Assembly: GCA_944346655.1 (NCBI GenBank)
Contig: CALVMP010000001.1
Coordinates: 2,599 to 66,598, forward strand
From: an uncultured Clostridia bacterium
Lineage (GTDB): Bacteria > Bacillota > Clostridia > Christensenellales > Borkfalkiaceae
Direction of reading: 5' to 3'
DNA: 64,000 nucleotides
Of the stretch, positions 62,582-64,000 are shown in pieces. The position numbers and the translations under genes are program-made. Position 1 is the stretch's first letter. The number at the start of each line of letters is the position of its first letter. The notes beneath the pieces are model-generated. The model saw only the letters and a list, made by a program, of their open reading frames with translations. It ran no database searches and was not told the DNA's origin.

Positions 62582-63916
62582 ATGGCACTCAAGGTTTGCA
62601 AATTCGGCGGCACGTCCATGGCGGACGGGCACACCATGACAAAAGTTAAAAACATAGTCGAAGGCGACGCGGACAGGCGTTTCGTCGTCGTCTCCGCGCC
62701 CGGCAAAAGATTTTCGGGCGATACAAAAGTTACCGATCTTTTATATAAGTGCTACTCCGACATTCTCTCCCACGGCGACTGCAAACGCGCCTTTGCGGAC
62801 GTGAGGAAGAGGTTCGAAGGAATAGTAAAGGAACTCGGGTTAAACTTCGACATGGCTTCCGTCCTCGACGAAACGGAAAGGCGCATAGAGGAGGAGAGGA
62901 GCGAGGACTTCACCGCCTCCCGCGGGGAGTATCTTGCGGCAATAGTCATGTCCGAGCTTCTCGGCGCGCAGTTCATAGACTCCGAGGACGTGGTGTTCTT
63001 CGACGAAAAAGGCGTTCTCGACGACAAAAAAACCTACGCCGCAATAGCCGCCGCCGTTCAGGGTAAGTCAAGGGCGGTATTCCCCGGCTTTTACGGCAGG
63101 GACGTAAACGGAAAGGTAAAAACCTTCTCCCGCGGCGGTTCGGATATCTCCGGCTCGATAGTCGCCCGCGCCGTCGGTGCGTCGGTATACGAAAACTGGA
63201 CGGATGTTTCGGGCTTCCTCGCCTGCGACCCCCGCATAGTCGACAGCCCCAAGTGGATCAAAACGCTCTCCTACAAGGAACTGCGCGAGCTCTCGTACAT
63301 GGGCGCCAACGTTCTGCACTCCGACTCCATCTTCCCCGTGCGCAGGGCAAACATTCCCATCGTCATAAAAAATACCTTCCGCCCCGAGGACGAGGGGACT
63401 TCCATTCTTCCCATCGCCCAGTACAAGCCGGGCGGCAACATAGTCACGGGCATAGCGGGCAAAAAGGATTTTACTGTAATCTTCATAGAAAAGTCCAACA
63501 TGAACTCGGAGATAGGTTTTGTATGCAAAGTGCTCTCCGTGCTCGCACGCTACGGCATTTCGGTCGAACATATCCCCTCGGGAATTGACACTATGTCCGT
63601 CGTCATCTCGGGCGACCACCTCGATAATTTCAGGCTCGAGCAGGTTCTCGAGTCCATAAAGGCGGAGGTCGAGCCCGACTTCATGCGCGTGACCGAAAAC
63701 ATAGCCTTAATCGCCACGGTGGGTCACGGCATGTCGTCTTCCGTCGGTACTTCGGCGCGGCTTTTCAAGGCGCTTGCCGAAGAGGGGGTAAACGTAAAGA
63801 TGATCGACCAGGGTTCCTCCGAAATGAACATAATCGTCGGCGTAAAGAACGAGGACATGGAAAAATCAATCGCCGCCATCTACCGCGAATTTTTCACCAA
63901 CATAAACCCCGACTAA
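62582..63916 (+). CDS. aspartate kinase (with C-terminal ACT domains)
   Basis: Contains KFGGTSMADG, VVVSAPGK, TFSRGGSDISG and WTDVSGFLACDPRIV. The ACT region contains IALIATVGHGM. Confidence 0.9.
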   Translation: MALKVCKFGGTSMADGHTMTKVKNIVEGDADRRFVVVSAPGKRFSGDTKVTDLLYKCYSDILSHGDCKRAFADVRKRFEGIVKELGLNFDMASVLDETERRIEEERSEDFTASRGEYLAAIVMSELLGAQFIDSEDVVFFDEKGVLDDKKTYAAIAAAVQGKSRAVFPGFYGRDVNGKVKTFSRGGSDISGSIVARAVGASVYENWTDVSGFLACDPRIVDSPKWIKTLSYKELRELSYMGANVLHSDSIFPVRRANIPIVIKNTFRPEDEGTSILPIAQYKPGGNIVTGIAGKKDFTVIFIEKSNMNSEIGFVCKVLSVLARYGISVEHIPSGIDTMSVVISGDHLDNFRLEQVLESIKAEVEPDFMRVTENIALIATVGHGMSSSVGTSARLFKALAEEGVNVKMIDQGSSEMNIIVGVKNEDMEKSIAAIYREFFTNINPD

Positions 63917-63932
63917 ACCAAAACCCAATATA

Positions 63933-63967
63933 ACCTCCCTTTGCGAAAGCTCGGGGAGGTTTTTTTA
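63933..63967 (+). terminator. rho-independent terminator
   Basis: Stem ACCTCCC / GGGAGGT with a 14-nt loop, followed by T6. Confidence 0.7.
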
Positions 63968-64000
63968 TTATGCGGCAAAAAAAATTAAATTGACTGTTGC

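Overview
This 64 kb window looks like a core chromosomal segment of a Gram-positive, Clostridia-like Firmicute. The evidence is a T-box leader, cdaA, comEC-holA and lepA-hemW synteny, a DUF421/DUF4363 pair, a PPi-type phosphofructokinase and many TGnTATAAT extended -10 promoters. I support about 58 protein-coding genes. Most are housekeeping: cysE-cysS, alaS, rplM-rpsI, folC-folE-folP-folBK, ppx, maf, lepA, hemW, guaA, ppa, helD, holA, cdaA and an aspartokinase. I saw no rRNA, tRNA, CRISPR array, transposase or integrase. There are two cis-regulatory RNAs: a Cys T-box before cysE-cysS and a probable THF-I riboswitch before the folate operon. Three things stand out. (1) A 1877-aa ORF combines a DUF4011-type block, an SF1 helicase, a Vsr/DUF559-like PD-(D/E)xK block and a DUF3320-like tail. 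It has a near-consensus promoter, and its stop lies 1 nt from the start of a comEC whose C-terminal metallo-beta-lactamase motif is missing. From memory, this architecture resembles the single-gene defence protein Hhe. (2) A mosaic family of intergenic repeats recurs at five or more gene 3' ends: TTAGGGG-like heptad arrays, variable GC hairpins separated by a constant AATTCAT, GTCATCCTGAG...GAAGGATC modules and a TCACCRCAATGCA core. One copy is bounded by inverted heptad arrays like a MITE. A related hairpin stack sits directly upstream of an Avd-like four-helix-bundle gene inserted after guaA. (3) Several reduced or degenerate genes: an AlaRS without the C-Ala domain, a cdaR reduced to a 38-codon mini-ORF, an EF-G2-type paralog without the catalytic His, and a degenerate GGDEF-EAL protein next to a divergent MreB. 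All calls come from reading the sequence and from remembered family motifs; no searches were run.
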